From: Callorhinchus milii
Taxonomy: Eukaryota
Direction of reading: 5' to 3'
Assembly: GCF_018977255.1 (NCBI RefSeq)
Contig: NW_024704805.1
Span: 62,001 to 126,000 of the forward strand
DNA: 64,000 nucleotides
The position numbers and the translations under genes were made by a program. Below are positions 51,791 to 64,000 of this stretch, one piece after another; the stretch's first letter is position 1; each line of letters starts with the position of its first letter. The notes beneath the pieces are model-generated. The model was not told the DNA's origin and did no database searches. It saw only the letters and a program-made list of their open reading frames with translations.

Positions 51791-52839
51791 AACATACAAT
51801 AATTTGTGTCTAACTCTCATTGAAGATTGTGATGTATCTTCAAGGCCGGTCTCAAGATCCTTTTCTTCGATCGTGCCTTCGGTTGCCCTCCCATTTCTCT
51901 TCCTTCCTTCCAACTCCATATCCATCCCTCCCCCATGCTCGAGTCCTGACTCCTGACTGTCCAGCGACTTGGAACTTCCTCCCGACGGGAATGTAATTTT
52001 GTTTTTTTGTTGTTGTTGTTACCATTTCAGCCATGGCACAAACATTTATTTTGGAATAAATTATCTCAATTAAATTTGATTATTCAACATATTATTTATT
52101 AATTCTACAGTAAGTATCAAAATATAAGGTAGAAATTCGGTTAATTTGGCAACGATAAATTCAACAGCGTTACAAGTTCTTAATTTCTTTCTTGAGGGCG
52201 AGTTTACCAGTGTTTCTTTAGAATAAATGATCTTTAAAAAAATTGATTATTTAATTTATTATTTATAAATTCTACAGTAATATCAAAAATGTAAGATGAC
52301 AAATCAGTTAAACAGATCAGTACTGTCCATTACCCCCAAAACTCCTCGCGTCAAGCAGTCCCAGAGCCTCAGCATTTGAGTCGATGGACAAGTGGCGCGT
52401 ATCAACGCAATTAGAAAAAAGACCTTTGAATCAGCAGTCGGCATTTGAAATTTAGCTAATTGTATATAAAGGTGGTATTTTGCTGAAAGAAATGGAGTGT
52501 TGCTCAGTAAGAACAGACCTTATTATCTGAAGAGGATTAATCTTTTCGGGAATGTTTCAATAAATGTTGCGTTTTTTTGATGAACTAATAGTATACAATC
52601 AATCTTGGTCTAATTCACTATGTAATAAGCAAACATACAGAAGCTTTATTGAAATATATCACGAACAAGATCATCCCCTTGATTCCAACCTTGTGGACTA
52701 AAGCTGCCTCAGCTGTTCCTTCATTGGAAATTAAAGTTATTTTTGCTTCAAAGTTTCAACGCAAAACCGTTACAACTGCTGTGTCCAATTGAACCAAAAG
52801 CTGAGCGTCAGAAAATTAATGGTGACTTTGACGCAGCTG

Positions 52840-53250
52840 ATTTGTTCAACATCCTCGTCCTCACCTTTAAGGCCACCCATGTCCTTGTCCCCTCCTACCA
52901 AACTGAACTGCTGACTCCCTACCAACCTGCCCACTTCCTCCCTTCAGCGGGCTTCGGTCTGCTCCATGTCTCTCCCCCGACTCGCCCTCACATCGGTGGC
53001 CGGGCTTTCAGCCTATCTGCCCCCACACTCTGGAACTCCATCCCACTGTCCCCTCGCCTCGCTTCCTCCATTGCCTCCTTCAAGGCAGGTCTCAAACCCT
53101 TCTCTTCGACCGTGCACTTTGGTTGCACTCCCAACTCTCCGCCTTCCCTCAACACTGCACCATCCCTCCCCCATGTTCGGGCCCCGATACCTGACTGTTC
53201 AGCTCTTTGGGACGTCCTCCAGACTTGAAAGGTATTCTAGAAAAGTCATG
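52840..53250 (+). mobile_element. L2-type 3' fragment
   Basis: ILVLTFKATH..GGRAFSLSAPTLWNSIP. Other copies near 23600-23870, 48330-48600, 56640-57120 (+) and 61080-61340 (-). Confidence 0.75.
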
Positions 53251-54719
53251 TTGTTGTTGTTGTGTTCACTTGTATTTTGTTCCTCCAAGTATTTATGGAC
53301 ATCGTTCTCGGGATGGTTCACAACGCCTTCTGGCGGACCTCATGTGACTTAACAGTGGATTCCTCCTTGGGGAGTGCAAACGAGCCGGGACATCAAGAGC
53401 TGAATGGGATCGAGAGGGTCCATGTTGCAGAAACTAAGTTAAAGCCCTAACGCATAGGGTTGTCTGTGTTCGGCAAGAAACTTGCAAACAGTGCCTTCAT
53501 TGAGAAGCTTTGGAATATTAAACAGAGTGCTCGTAGCACTCCTGCGATCCTGCGGCGACAGCTCAACGGAATTAGGGATACAAGATATATTCTCAGATAA
53601 TGATTTCCATGAAGATCTGCGATGTATGCAATTCCTAGTACGATTTACAATATGTGCTGCCCAGCGATTTGAGGCGTCCCCTCGACATGACTTGCACTGT
53701 ATCATATATCAGGATTAAAAATATAATTTTGAAAGCCACCGTGTAACCATTCTGGTTTGTTGCACTCAATTGATTGTTCGATGATAAACTTCCTACAATT
53801 AAATGAAACCCTCCTCGTCTTTACTTCGCTTCGTTGCTAACTAACTTGGATTCGTTTTCGTCAGTCAGTTACGCACTAGCTGCTCAACATCAAAAGCACT
53901 GTAAGGCAGAAAATGATTTACTTCACGAAGAATTTTAACAAGACACTGAATAACTCAATCACCTGTAGTGTTTAAAGAAGTTGCTGTTAACGAATATTAT
54001 TCAACGTAAATGTTTCAGCAATGAGACTTGTTAAATAATAATACAAATAGTAATCCATGCATTTGATATAGCGCTTTTCGTGGCTTCTGGAAGTCAAAGA
54101 TTCACAGAATTTTCGGAAAAGTGAATTGACGGTATATTTGGATATATTTGCAGTACCCAATTAAGCACCGCAGTAACCCACAATTCCTCAAGCACTAATA
54201 TACCGACTGTCACAGTGCACGCTAACCTTTCGACGTTTTATGCCTTGTGATAGTGATTGACTTTATTGTAGTGGATTCATTATACTGTGGTGTTTCCTCT
54301 TATTGCGCAACAATATTCTGAGACTTCAAGTCAATTCAGATTGATGTTCTGCAGATCCTATGTCCTGTTTGACACGGTATACATATACGTCAAACGTTTA
54401 GTCACATTATACGTAGCAGACAGTCAACATTCTAACGTCAGTACCTATACATGAGCTTGGGGTACAAAAGTAGGAAACGTAGATAATTGATATAAATTAC
54501 AGGCATTTCCATGCGATAAGAAACAATCAGGTGGTCGACATCATTGGTCACCAGTTGAGCAGAAACTTGTGAGTAGAGAACTGAAATACATGGTTGTAAG
54601 AACACAACCCTTTTACAATCTCTTACCATCAATTTGAATAAAGACTTGATACTTTTCTTCAGTCACAGATTAATGACTTTCTCCTCCGACTCTTATTTAC
54701 ACATTATTTCTTCTCCTTA

Positions 54720-54945
54720 CTCGACACAGAGCCTAATAATAATCCCTACAAAACCCAAAACAATAATAAATTGGTCATTTTCAATCTACAACTGTTTGTG
54801 GGACATTGCTGTGCGCAATTGGCTACCGCGTTCGCCCACAAAAATACAGTCAATTCACTTTGCAGTGTGTTATGTGAAGCGCTTTGGGACGTCCTCCCGA
54901 CGTGAAAAGCGCTATATAAAATGCAAGGATTATTATTATTATTAT
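54720..54945 (+). mobile_element. 5'-truncated young SINE
   Basis: Near-identical to the 3' half of the 10515 copy. Confidence 0.8.
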
Positions 54946-54959
54946 TATCGAGTTTGTGA

Positions 54960-56220
54960 AGGCTCTTTGAATAGAGCGATTAATGTCAGACCCACCCCCA
55001 GCACTTTCCCCATAACCTGCAAATCCGTCCTCCTCAAATGCTTACACATTCGAACAACTCGCCGCGTGAAAAAAATTCTTCTCACCTCCCCTCTCTTTCG
55101 TTTGGAGAATATTTTGAATTTGTGACCTCGACTCACCAACACACTCACCAGTGGAAAAGGTTCTTCCCTTTCTAACCTATCAAATGCCCTCATAATTTTG
55201 AAGACCTCCAGTTGGTCTCCTCGAAACCTTCTCTGCCTCAATGAGAATAATCCGAGCCTCAATAGCCTCTCCTCATAATCAAGGTCGCTCATTCCTGGTG
55301 CCATTCTTGTAAATCTCCTCTGCACCCATTCAAATGCCTTAACATCCTTCATAGAGTGTGATGCCCAGAACTGGGCGCACTATTCTAACTGAGGTCCAAC
55401 CAATATTTTATATAGGTAAATCATAACCTCCTCACTCTTGCATTCTCTGCCCCTATATAACACCTATTGTACCATATGCCCTTTGTACAACTTTATCTAC
55501 CTGTCCTGTCACCTTCAAAGATTAATTTTCCTGCACCCCTAGGTCTCTCTGTTCTTTTACCCCCCTTAAGATTGAATCACCCAGTCGCTATTGCCTCCAC
55601 TCTTTCTTTCTACCAAAATCCATTACCTTACATTTCTCCACTCATTTTCCTTGTGTCTGCCCATGTTACCATTCTGCCTATATCTTCCTGCAATTGGCTA
55701 CTATCCTATTCATTGTTTACTACCCTACCTAACTTGGTGTCGTCCGCAAACTTGGAAATAGTGCTTGCTATACCCAAGTCCAGATCATTTATGTATATTA
55801 AGAAGAGCAGTGGTCCTAATACCGATCCCCGAAGGACGCCACTGTACACTTTCCTCCAGTCAGAAAAGCAAGCGTTCACCACAACACTCTGCTTTCTGTC
55901 TCCCATCCAGTTCTGCATCCATGCTGCCACTTTCCGTTTTATACCGTGGGCTTCTATCTTTCTTGCAAATCTTTCAAGTGCACTTTGTCAAATACATTTT
56001 GAAAGTCCATATGAACAACGTCAATTGCACTACTTTTGTCAACCCTCTCCGTTACCTCATCGAAAATTTTTATTAGGTTTGTTAGACAAGATTTACCTTT
56101 AAAAAATCGATGCTGGCTGTCCCTAATTAACCCATATTCTTCTAAGCGAAGGTTTAATCTGTCCCGCATTATAGTCTCCAGGAGTTTCCACACTCCTGGT
56201 GTTAGACTGACATGACCAGT
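54960..56220 (-). mobile_element. CR1-type LINE RT and C-terminal fragment
   Basis: SQHRFFKGKSCLTNL..DFQNVFDKV, GVLRGSVLGPLLFLIYINDL..SKFADDTKL, VQRRFTRM..YEERL..RRFRGDQLEVFKIM. Confidence 0.92.
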
Positions 56221-57537
56221 AGTTCCCAGGCCTTCTGCAAGTCCGCTGTTGCACGATTGGTGAATACTCTTCCCACGACGCAGCCAATCTGTGTCCAAAA
56301 CACCCTTCATCTATTATTCGGTCTTGCTCCTTCCCTCCACTTGAACAGGTGGAGCCTGAAGACATTACTAATCCACTCTGCCTACTTTGACCCCTTGACT
56401 TCCCCACCATCTCGGCGTTGAGCTCCGCCAGTACCAAGCATTGCAATGTGATGCTGTGCCAATGCAAATTGCTGTTCTTGTTGTCTCGTTAAATATGGGG
56501 CCTCTCGTGAGGGGTTTTAGTCGCACACATGTTTCAAACTCCAAACTGACAGCGCCTCCATCAACAGGTCATTACTGGCCGAAGCGCTTACCTCCCTCTG
56601 GCAGGGCAGGTTCCCATATTTATCACCGATGCAAATCACTGATCCTAGCCTTTGGAAATGGGCAACAGCAAGATCTCTCCATTAAACACAAGAGTATGGA
56701 AACACAAAGGAGAATGTTTTGGACCTTGGTCCTACGTATACTTACGAAATTACACATCCTCATTTCTGCGTTCTGCTGACCCCATAACAACCTGTTTCTC
56801 ACTCTGCTTAACAAGCTCTGGCATTTTACACGAGCAGCCTCTACATCCCACCAACCGAGATTCACCCCACTATCGGCGGTGGTGCCTTCAGCCTTTCTGC
56901 CCCTACCCCATGGAACTCTATCCCACATTAATTTCTTGCTTCCTTGAATTTGAGACTCTATACTCTCCAGTTTTACGAAGACTTTGTTCACCCCTCTTAC
57001 AGGCCCTGCCCTCCATCCTCCCGAATCCGGAACCACAGCTCAGGTGAAAATCCCTGATTTTCCAGCGCCTTGGGATCCATTCCGATGTGAAAGCCGTTAT
57101 ACAAATGGAATTTTGTATTGTATTGTATCATTTGACCTTTTCCTGCTCTCTGTATATTGACCAAATGTATCAACCAGGAGAGCAGTTAAACCTCAGATAA
57201 TTTGCAACATAAGTCACATGCGCATAAAAAATAAAATGTCGAGGTCACAAATAAAAGCATTTGCTCATCTAATTTATGGAATCTAACTTCCTTATTGAAC
57301 AGATTTTGCTGCACAATAGATTTTGAGTTACACAATGATAAGAATGCAGGAAAATGAGAACTGAAACATATTGCTGACGTGTCTGAAGTTGTTTGTTCCA
57401 CCATCCATTACGAATGCGATGATCACATCATCTCTCAATCTCCATGGAGTTTCCCAAAGGCTACAAATATGTGACAGCCTTACAACGTGGCAGAAAGTGC
57501 TGCTCTATCTCAGCAAAAGGTATCGCTGCTGTGAAAG

Positions 57538-59007
57538 ATGCCACGACGATCTAAACTTTTGAATATACAAGAAATTTATTATCCTGTTCTTGCAGCAGTT
57601 GGAATTCCTGGTGAGTTAAATCACTGCTAGAAATTACTGCTGGTTTCCTGTAGCTCAGGTTTTAGACCACTCTCCGAGCAAGCAACAGGACTGCGTTCGT
57701 GTCCCAGCAAGGGTAAACGTTCGGCAAGTTTCCATACTCCACTTGCCCTACTCTCTCGGTCTGTCCCCATAGTCCAGCACACTTGTGCTCCCCGCATATC
57801 AATGCAACGCTGCTCAAATGCCCTCCTCGCCTTTGACTCGTGCCCACTGATTTACCTATCGCATTCCTTGAAGTTCTCTCCTTTTCTGCACAGTAATACA
57901 CTAAATTTAACTTGTCACTTAACAAGCCTGGTGTACCGTTTTAATGGCTTAATTCTGTTATAAACAACTCCCTATTAGAACACGTTAGCACCGCTTAATT
58001 TCACTTCATGATTGTTTCACTTATGTTTTTACTGACAAATTGGTCAGCATTTTACTCCGCAGGTCAGGTTTTAATTAAATTGTCTGTTTTTTTTTCTTGC
58101 AGTTAATTTACTGGCGATTCGGATCCTCTCCCGAGGAAATTGCGGACTCTCCAAATGTATCACCCGCTACCTGGTGGCCATGGCAGCGGCGGATCTGTCA
58201 GTCATTGTCTCCGAAGTAATCCTGAAACAGATTGGTGTGATTTATTTACTTAACTCATATTTGTTCTCTCCTCCTGTCTGCAGCTTCATTCATGTCATCT
58301 CTGCAGCCGCCGTGGACTCTGCTGTGTGGCTAACCGTGGCTTTCACCTTTGATCGCTTTGTGGCCGTTTGTTGTCAGCAACTGAAACAAAAATACTGCAC
58401 TGAGAGAACAGCGTCTGTGGTTATTGGGACTTTCAGTTCGTTAATCTGCTTGGAAAATATTCCCATTTATTTTACATTCTACTCTTACGGAAGAATTGAT
58501 CACTTGGCCTGGGGCTGCTTTGCCAAATTGAGCATCCGTTATCAGCCCGCGTGGATCGCTTTTTATTGGCTTGAACAGATTTTGGTCCCTTTGCTCCCAT
58601 TCGTGCTGATTTTGTTGCTGAACTCTCTGACCGTCAGACACATTCTTGTGGCCAGTCGAGTCCGCAGCAAACTGCGGGGCTTCAGCAGCAGCGCTGATCA
58701 CCGCAAAGATCCGCAAATGGAGAACAGAAAGAAATCAATCATTTTACTGTTCACTATATCACTTAGTTTTGTATTGTTGTGGGTGACATCTGTTGCACAT
58801 TACATACAATACACAGTTAAAGGTTACTTCAAATCCAGAGGCTTTTTTAACCCTTTGATAATGTTTGAAGAAGCAGGTTTGATGCTTCAGCTGCTGAATT
58901 CCTGCACAAACACAGCCATCTATGCGATCACGCAGACCAAATTCAGAGCGGAACTGAAGAATGCAATCAAATATCCATTCAAAATAATTAGTACATGTTT
59001 TAAATAG
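57538..59007 (+). CDS. Class A GPCR, GPR139-like; two exons join(57538..57610, 58103..59007), 325 aa
   Basis: Exon 1 MPRRSKLLNIQEIYYPVLAAVGIP|GTGAGT. Exon 2 VNLLAIRILSRGNCGLSKCITRYLVAM..FTFDRFVAVC..NSCTNTAIYAITQTKFR. Spliced length 978 nt in frame. Confidence 0.9.
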
Positions 59008-62000
59008 TGAAATGGAAGAAGGCAAACTGGAGCACACATTACCCCAGAAAAACGCACTGATCAATACTATATTTATAAGAGTATTTGTGAAAGGGTTTAT
59101 CTTTTAAATAGCCATTCATACAAATATTTGTTTGTGATATTATGGTTCTGATATGTGTCGTGATCTTCATCCCTTCAAGTTTGTCCTCCTTGTTATGGTC
59201 ATGAATAAATTGCTATTTTATTTATTGCTTTAGTTAAGTTGTTTGAGATTAGTTAGTTATTTAAGCCTAAAGTGACATGCCATATATGAGAATATTATAA
59301 TATTATCTACTATAACCGCGATATTGTAACCCTGTTTATTGAATCATTGAGAACTTATATGTATTATTCCCTATATTAAATAAACAAGCTACGCATCGTA
59401 AAATAACAGTGACATCTGTTCTTCTGGTTTCGTAACAGTACTCGATTGATGTGGAGACATTAATGATACGTCACGATTAAGGTCTTGCATGGGCGACTCT
59501 CTGTGGAATATTTTTATTGAATTCTCCTGTTGTTGATGAGCTATATTTAAAAACAATTTAACAAAGCCGCAAGAAAATGCGGTGTGGTTGACATTCTGCA
59601 TCAAAATAGCGACAGAGGAAATCACACTCTCTTCTACAGAGACACATCTGTACTAATAAAGACGGACTGGCTTTCTCTGTATCTCTCCGACATTAACACG
59701 GTAGCCGACTGACGTAGAAACATGATTTACGGCGCACAGTTACTTTTGAATAAACATAATTGAATCGTCCTTTCTCGCCGCAAAGAGAGCTCGTTGATCT
59801 CAGGTCAGTCAAACTCAATTTCCGCGGATTGAGTCATCGCTCTGAGGTGCTGTCCCTTTGCTGCTTTTACTCACTTGAATAGAAAGGAACTGAAAGAAAT
59901 GGCATGGGCTTTGTTGGGCACTGAATTAATCAGATGGTTAAAAAAATTTAAGTATACCCACGCAGATAAAATTCGCGGAACTGCGGCCACGGACAAATAA
60001 AGAGTACTGTTAGTCGCAGCGATGAAACTCACTTTGACAATTCTCGATGAAATACTGTGATGTAAGTCGCGCTAGACTTTTGCCTGATTAGAATTACTGC
60101 AGTGCGTCCTCAATTTTCTTTAAGTAAAGATATGATTTCAAAAGCAACTTAACAGCATAATAACTTGCGCTTACACAGCGCTCCTCACGCAGGGTAGGGC
60201 CAATGAGCGATTGAGAGAGGTGGAGCTCGACTTCGAGCTGGGGGGAAGGGCAGGTGACCATAGGTTGAGAAGGAAAGCCGTGGAGTAGCTGATCAGTAAA
60301 TTCCGAGGCTGAGTACAACAGCTGCTGGAAAACCTGTGTTAGATTTCCGGCAGAACATAACAATTCGCAATTTACTTTACTGCTGTCGTCTCTGTTTACA
60401 TAGAAATATGGAGGCACCCGGTTGTTAGTCGATTGGTGGAGCAATTTCCGGGTGTGATAATACTTCAAACAAGATAAGTCGTGTTAAATTGGTTACTCTA
60501 TCCACGACTTTTTGTGGGTCACTGCTGTACGAAATTGGCTGCCGCATTTCGCCCCCAAAATGTGCAATCAAATGAATTTACAATATATTTTAAGAACAAT
60601 TTTGAGACGATTCGAAGTTGGATAAGTTGCTGTATCGAATGCAAGAGTTATTACTCATAATAATATTACTAACTGGGTATTGGTGTGGGGTTAGGAATTG
60701 AGGCGATTTGGGAAGGCAACGATGACCAACAACACGACCAAAAAGTGTCTTAAGACTGATCATGGATAAAGGAAGGAAGAGATAGTCAGATGTTCTGTAG
60801 AATTCAGTTCCAGAATGGTCTAAATCTCGCCCGCTGATGTTGGACTGGATAACACGGATAAATAAAACAATCAAATGAAACAAGGCAAGTGGGTGGCCCA
60901 GGCCATATGGGTCGAGGTATTGGCGTGGATTTTGACTGAGGATATTTCAACATAAGACGGGGATCCAGAACTCTCTCAGCTGGGCAAGCGGAGTCAATGG
61001 AACATGGCGAGGATGATCGGCTCTGGTGTCTTGTGTGGGAAAGGACACGGGCCTCGGAGTTCTGGGAAATCTAATGCTGTCTTGGGAATTATTGATTAAC
61101 CTGTCACATACGGTTGGAAGAGGAGGGTTTTGAGATGGGTGTTGAAGGAACCAAGTGGGGGGGGGGGGGGGGGGGGGGGGGCGAGACGGTGGCACTGCAC
61201 CCTGATGGCGGGCAAAGATTGGCTGAAGGTCGGCCCGACAATGTTGGAGCAGAGTGCCAGAGAATCTGAAGCAGAAGGAGAATTCTAAGCAGAGGGAACG
61301 AAGAGATTGCTGGAGAGGTCGGAGGTCTCTGAGGTTGGAGGACTGATAACACAACATTAATAATACTCTTAGTATGATAATATTATTATCACGTGACGAG
61401 ATATAAATAATGCAAATTCTACAGCTAATTTCATTAATAATAATAATAATCACTTTATTTGATATGGCGACTTATCATGACTTTGAAACGTCTCACACTC
61501 TTCACATAATACACTGAACATTTAATTCACTGTGTATTTTTTTGCGGAAACGTAGCAGACAAATGCACCGCATTGTCCAACATACAACCTTCGCTTGAAT
61601 CAAATTACCATTACTAATATTAAGGGATTATTAAACCTAAAAAGCGATCTGCCAATCGGATAACAAGCTTGTTACTGCTCGGTAAGTGTGTGTGTGGAAA
61701 AGGGGAACCTGACTGACATTTCACCCTTTCTAAGAAAAGTAATCCTGATACTCTCTCTTGTGACCATAACCTAACCTTGGGACCATCCCAGTCCATGGAG
61801 ACCTGCCCGATACCTCTAATCCTCTCACTATTGGCGATCGGGCCCCCGGTCTATCCCGCTGCTCTCTGGAAATTAATCGGTAGAAATCCTTCAGATTACT
61901 GGTTGGAGAGGAATTGTGTGTGAAAGTTTGAGAGAGACTGAGAGAGGGAGAGAGAGAGAGATGGTGATGGAGACTGAATCATGGAGAGACTAAGTGCATN

Positions 62001-62189
62001 NNNNNNNNNNNNNNNNNNNNNNNNNNNNNNNNNNNNNNNNNNNNNNNNNNNNNNNNNNNNNNNNNNNNNNNNNNNNNNNNNNNNNNNNNNNNNNNNNNNN
62101 NNNNNNNNNNNNNNNNNNNNNNNNNNNNNNNNNNNNNNNNNCGATAGAATGAGTGAGAAAGAGATAGTGACAGCGAAATCATGATTGAG

Positions 62190-62227
<38 letters not shown>

Positions 62228-62532
62228 CAGCGTTGCAGGGGATAGTACATGTATTCACTTCTCGAGCAGAGAGCAATGTTGGGATTGTTTTCTCATCAAC
62301 ACAATCGCCTCCGTTTACATATCAGTAAACAGGAGACCAGGTGTTAGTCGATTCGTGAATGAATTTAGCACAAACAGATATACAGGAAGTGAGCAGTCAG
62401 TGAAGGCGTCACCGAGAATATAATCATAACCTTCACAGCTCACGGCGCTGGAAAAACGTTTCTAACCGTTTATCCACCTTTAGGTGATTAACCTTTGCAC
62501 TTCAACCCAAAAAAATTAGGTTAGAGTTGAGA

Positions 62533-62590
62533 ATGAAGCAAAATATCAAGGCAACATTTATTATTTTGAGTATAATGACATCATTCTTGT
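62533..62590 (+). CDS. Leader exon of the inverted V
   Basis: MKQNIKATFIILSIMTSFL+T|GTAAGT. Confidence 0.82.
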
Positions 62591-62929
62591 GTAAGTAGGG
62601 AATGACGCTCTCTCTCTCACTGTATCTTTATCTCAGTGACTCTCAGTGAATCTCAGTCAATCTCTCTCTCAGTCTCTCCTTCAAAAAACAACGTCCCTAC
62701 ACATTATAATATATTTTCCTCCTTAGTCTTTCTATCTGTTCTCAGTCTATTTCAAAATATAAATTATTGGTCTTGGCTATGAAACCGGCTGCCACTGGAT
62801 TTGGTCATGTTATTCCTTCTCTCCATGCCCACTGCATCCATGTCTGCAGTCTCTCTTCCCAAACCATGTCTGCAGTCTGTCTATGATTACAGTGGTGGGA
62901 CATCACCTTGTTGACGAGTATCAACAAGA

Positions 62930-63161
62930 TAATAATAATCCCTCCAAAAAAACCAAAAAACAATAATAAAAAAAAATTGGGTCATTTTCAATCTACGACT
63001 GTTTGTGGGACATTGCTGTGCGCAATTGGCTGCCGCGTTCGCCCACAAATATACAGTCAATTCACTTTACAGTGTGTTCTGTGAAGCGCTTTGGGACGTC
63101 CTCCCGACGTGAAAAGCGCTATATCAAATGCAAGGATTATTATTATTATTATTATTATTAT
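62930..63161 (+). mobile_element. Headless SINE 3' half in the leader intron
   Basis: Starts at taataataatcc and ends in ggatt(att)n. Core nearly identical to other young copies. Confidence 0.8.
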
Positions 63162-63324
63162 CTCCCTTAGTCACTCTATTAATGTCTCCATCAAATCACA
63201 AAGTCCCGACACTTGATAATGTATTCACTCTCAGTCTTTCTGTTCCCTTCTTTCAGTCTTTCTCTCGCTCAGTCTCTCTCTCTAATAACAAGAATAATTG
63301 TTAGTAATATTATTATCATCACAG

Positions 63325-63604
63325 GTACTTTGGCTGACAGCGATGTATCACAGAGACCCCAGACCGTGACACAGCTTGAAAATGGAGACGTATCCATGGA
63401 GTGCACCACCACTGAGTCGGGTCCAACTTTTCAGTGGTACATACATGATGGAAACGGCTCCATCCTGTTCTTGGTTTTGGGAGAAAGAGACATAACAGTG
63501 AAGGACAGGGTAAGAGCTTTGGCTAATACAAAACAGAGAAGCTGCACTCTAACAATCCAACACGTGCGAGTGTCAGACACCGCCACTTACTTCTGTGCGG
63601 ACAG
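63325..63604 (+). CDS. TCR V exon in inverted orientation, potentially functional
   Basis: CAG|(C)TLADSDVSQRP..MECTTTESGPTFQWYIH..SDTATYFCADS. RSS CACAGTG(63605-63611)-23-ACGAAAACA. Confidence 0.9.
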
Positions 63605-63649
63605 CACAGTGATGTGTGTCTAAGAGGGACCTGTACGAAAACATGCTGA

Positions 63650-64000
63650 GGTTACTGGAGCTCAAGGTTTAAAGCACTCGCCTCGCAAACGAGAGACCTG
63701 GGTTGATTCCCGGCAGGGCAAAACATTGGACATGTTTCCTTACTCCTTTTGCTGAATCCTGTAGCTCAGTCGTTAGGGCACTCGCTTTGCAAGCGAGAGA
63801 ACTGAGTTCAATTCCAGGCAGGGCGAAACCTTGGGCAAGTTGCCTTACCCCAGACGCCTAATAATAATCCCTCCAAAAACCAAAAACAATAATAAATCGG
63901 TTATTTTTAATCTCCGACTGTTTGTGGGACATTGCTGTGCGCAATTGGCTGCCGCGCTCGCCCACAAATGTACAGTTAATTCACTTTACAGTGTGTTCTG
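63650..64000 (+). mobile_element. SINE with tandem heads, running off the window
   Basis: Two tRNA-like heads, then the standard core. Confidence 0.8.

Noticed and set aside
53262-53718. Cluster of short overlapping ORFs in non-repetitive sequence
   Set aside because: No recognisable motif, splice structure or paralog. Would need a translated database search.
57870-57902. GTGTATTACTGTGCA (VYYCAE) on the minus strand in the GPCR intron
   Set aside because: No upstream V framework and no RSS. Likely a chance match.

Overview
Eukaryotic genomic DNA with six N-gaps, from the V-segment array of a cartilaginous-fish T-cell receptor alpha/delta locus. The taxon is inferred from the NAR-TCR cassette and the repeat families; a chimaera is plausible but unproven. 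I read 17 V exons by hand. Sixteen are on the minus strand and one is inverted on the plus strand. Most have a phase-1 leader exon and a 23-bp (twice 22-bp) spacer RSS. Seven look potentially functional, two are open but lack a hallmark residue, and eight are pseudogenes. The centre holds a complete NAR-TCR-type cassette: leader, IgNAR-like V, 12/12 D, J, and a leaderless supporting V-delta with a CDR1 Cys. A dead copy of the supporting V follows it, and the leader of a second such cassette sits at the left edge. The NAR-like V has an unusually long Cys-containing germline 3' tail. Two intact two-exon GPR139-like GPCR genes lie inside the array, each upstream of a paralogous V, forming an inverted GPCR+V duplication. 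Also present are a duplicated block (about 1-8.3 kb vs 40.2-49.7 kb), an orphan RSS cut at the heptamer, co-oriented CTCF-like motifs, many tRNA-derived Deu-domain-like SINEs, L2 and CR1 LINE fragments, and minisatellites. Coordinates of exons and RSSs were counted by hand. Repeat boundaries are approximate.
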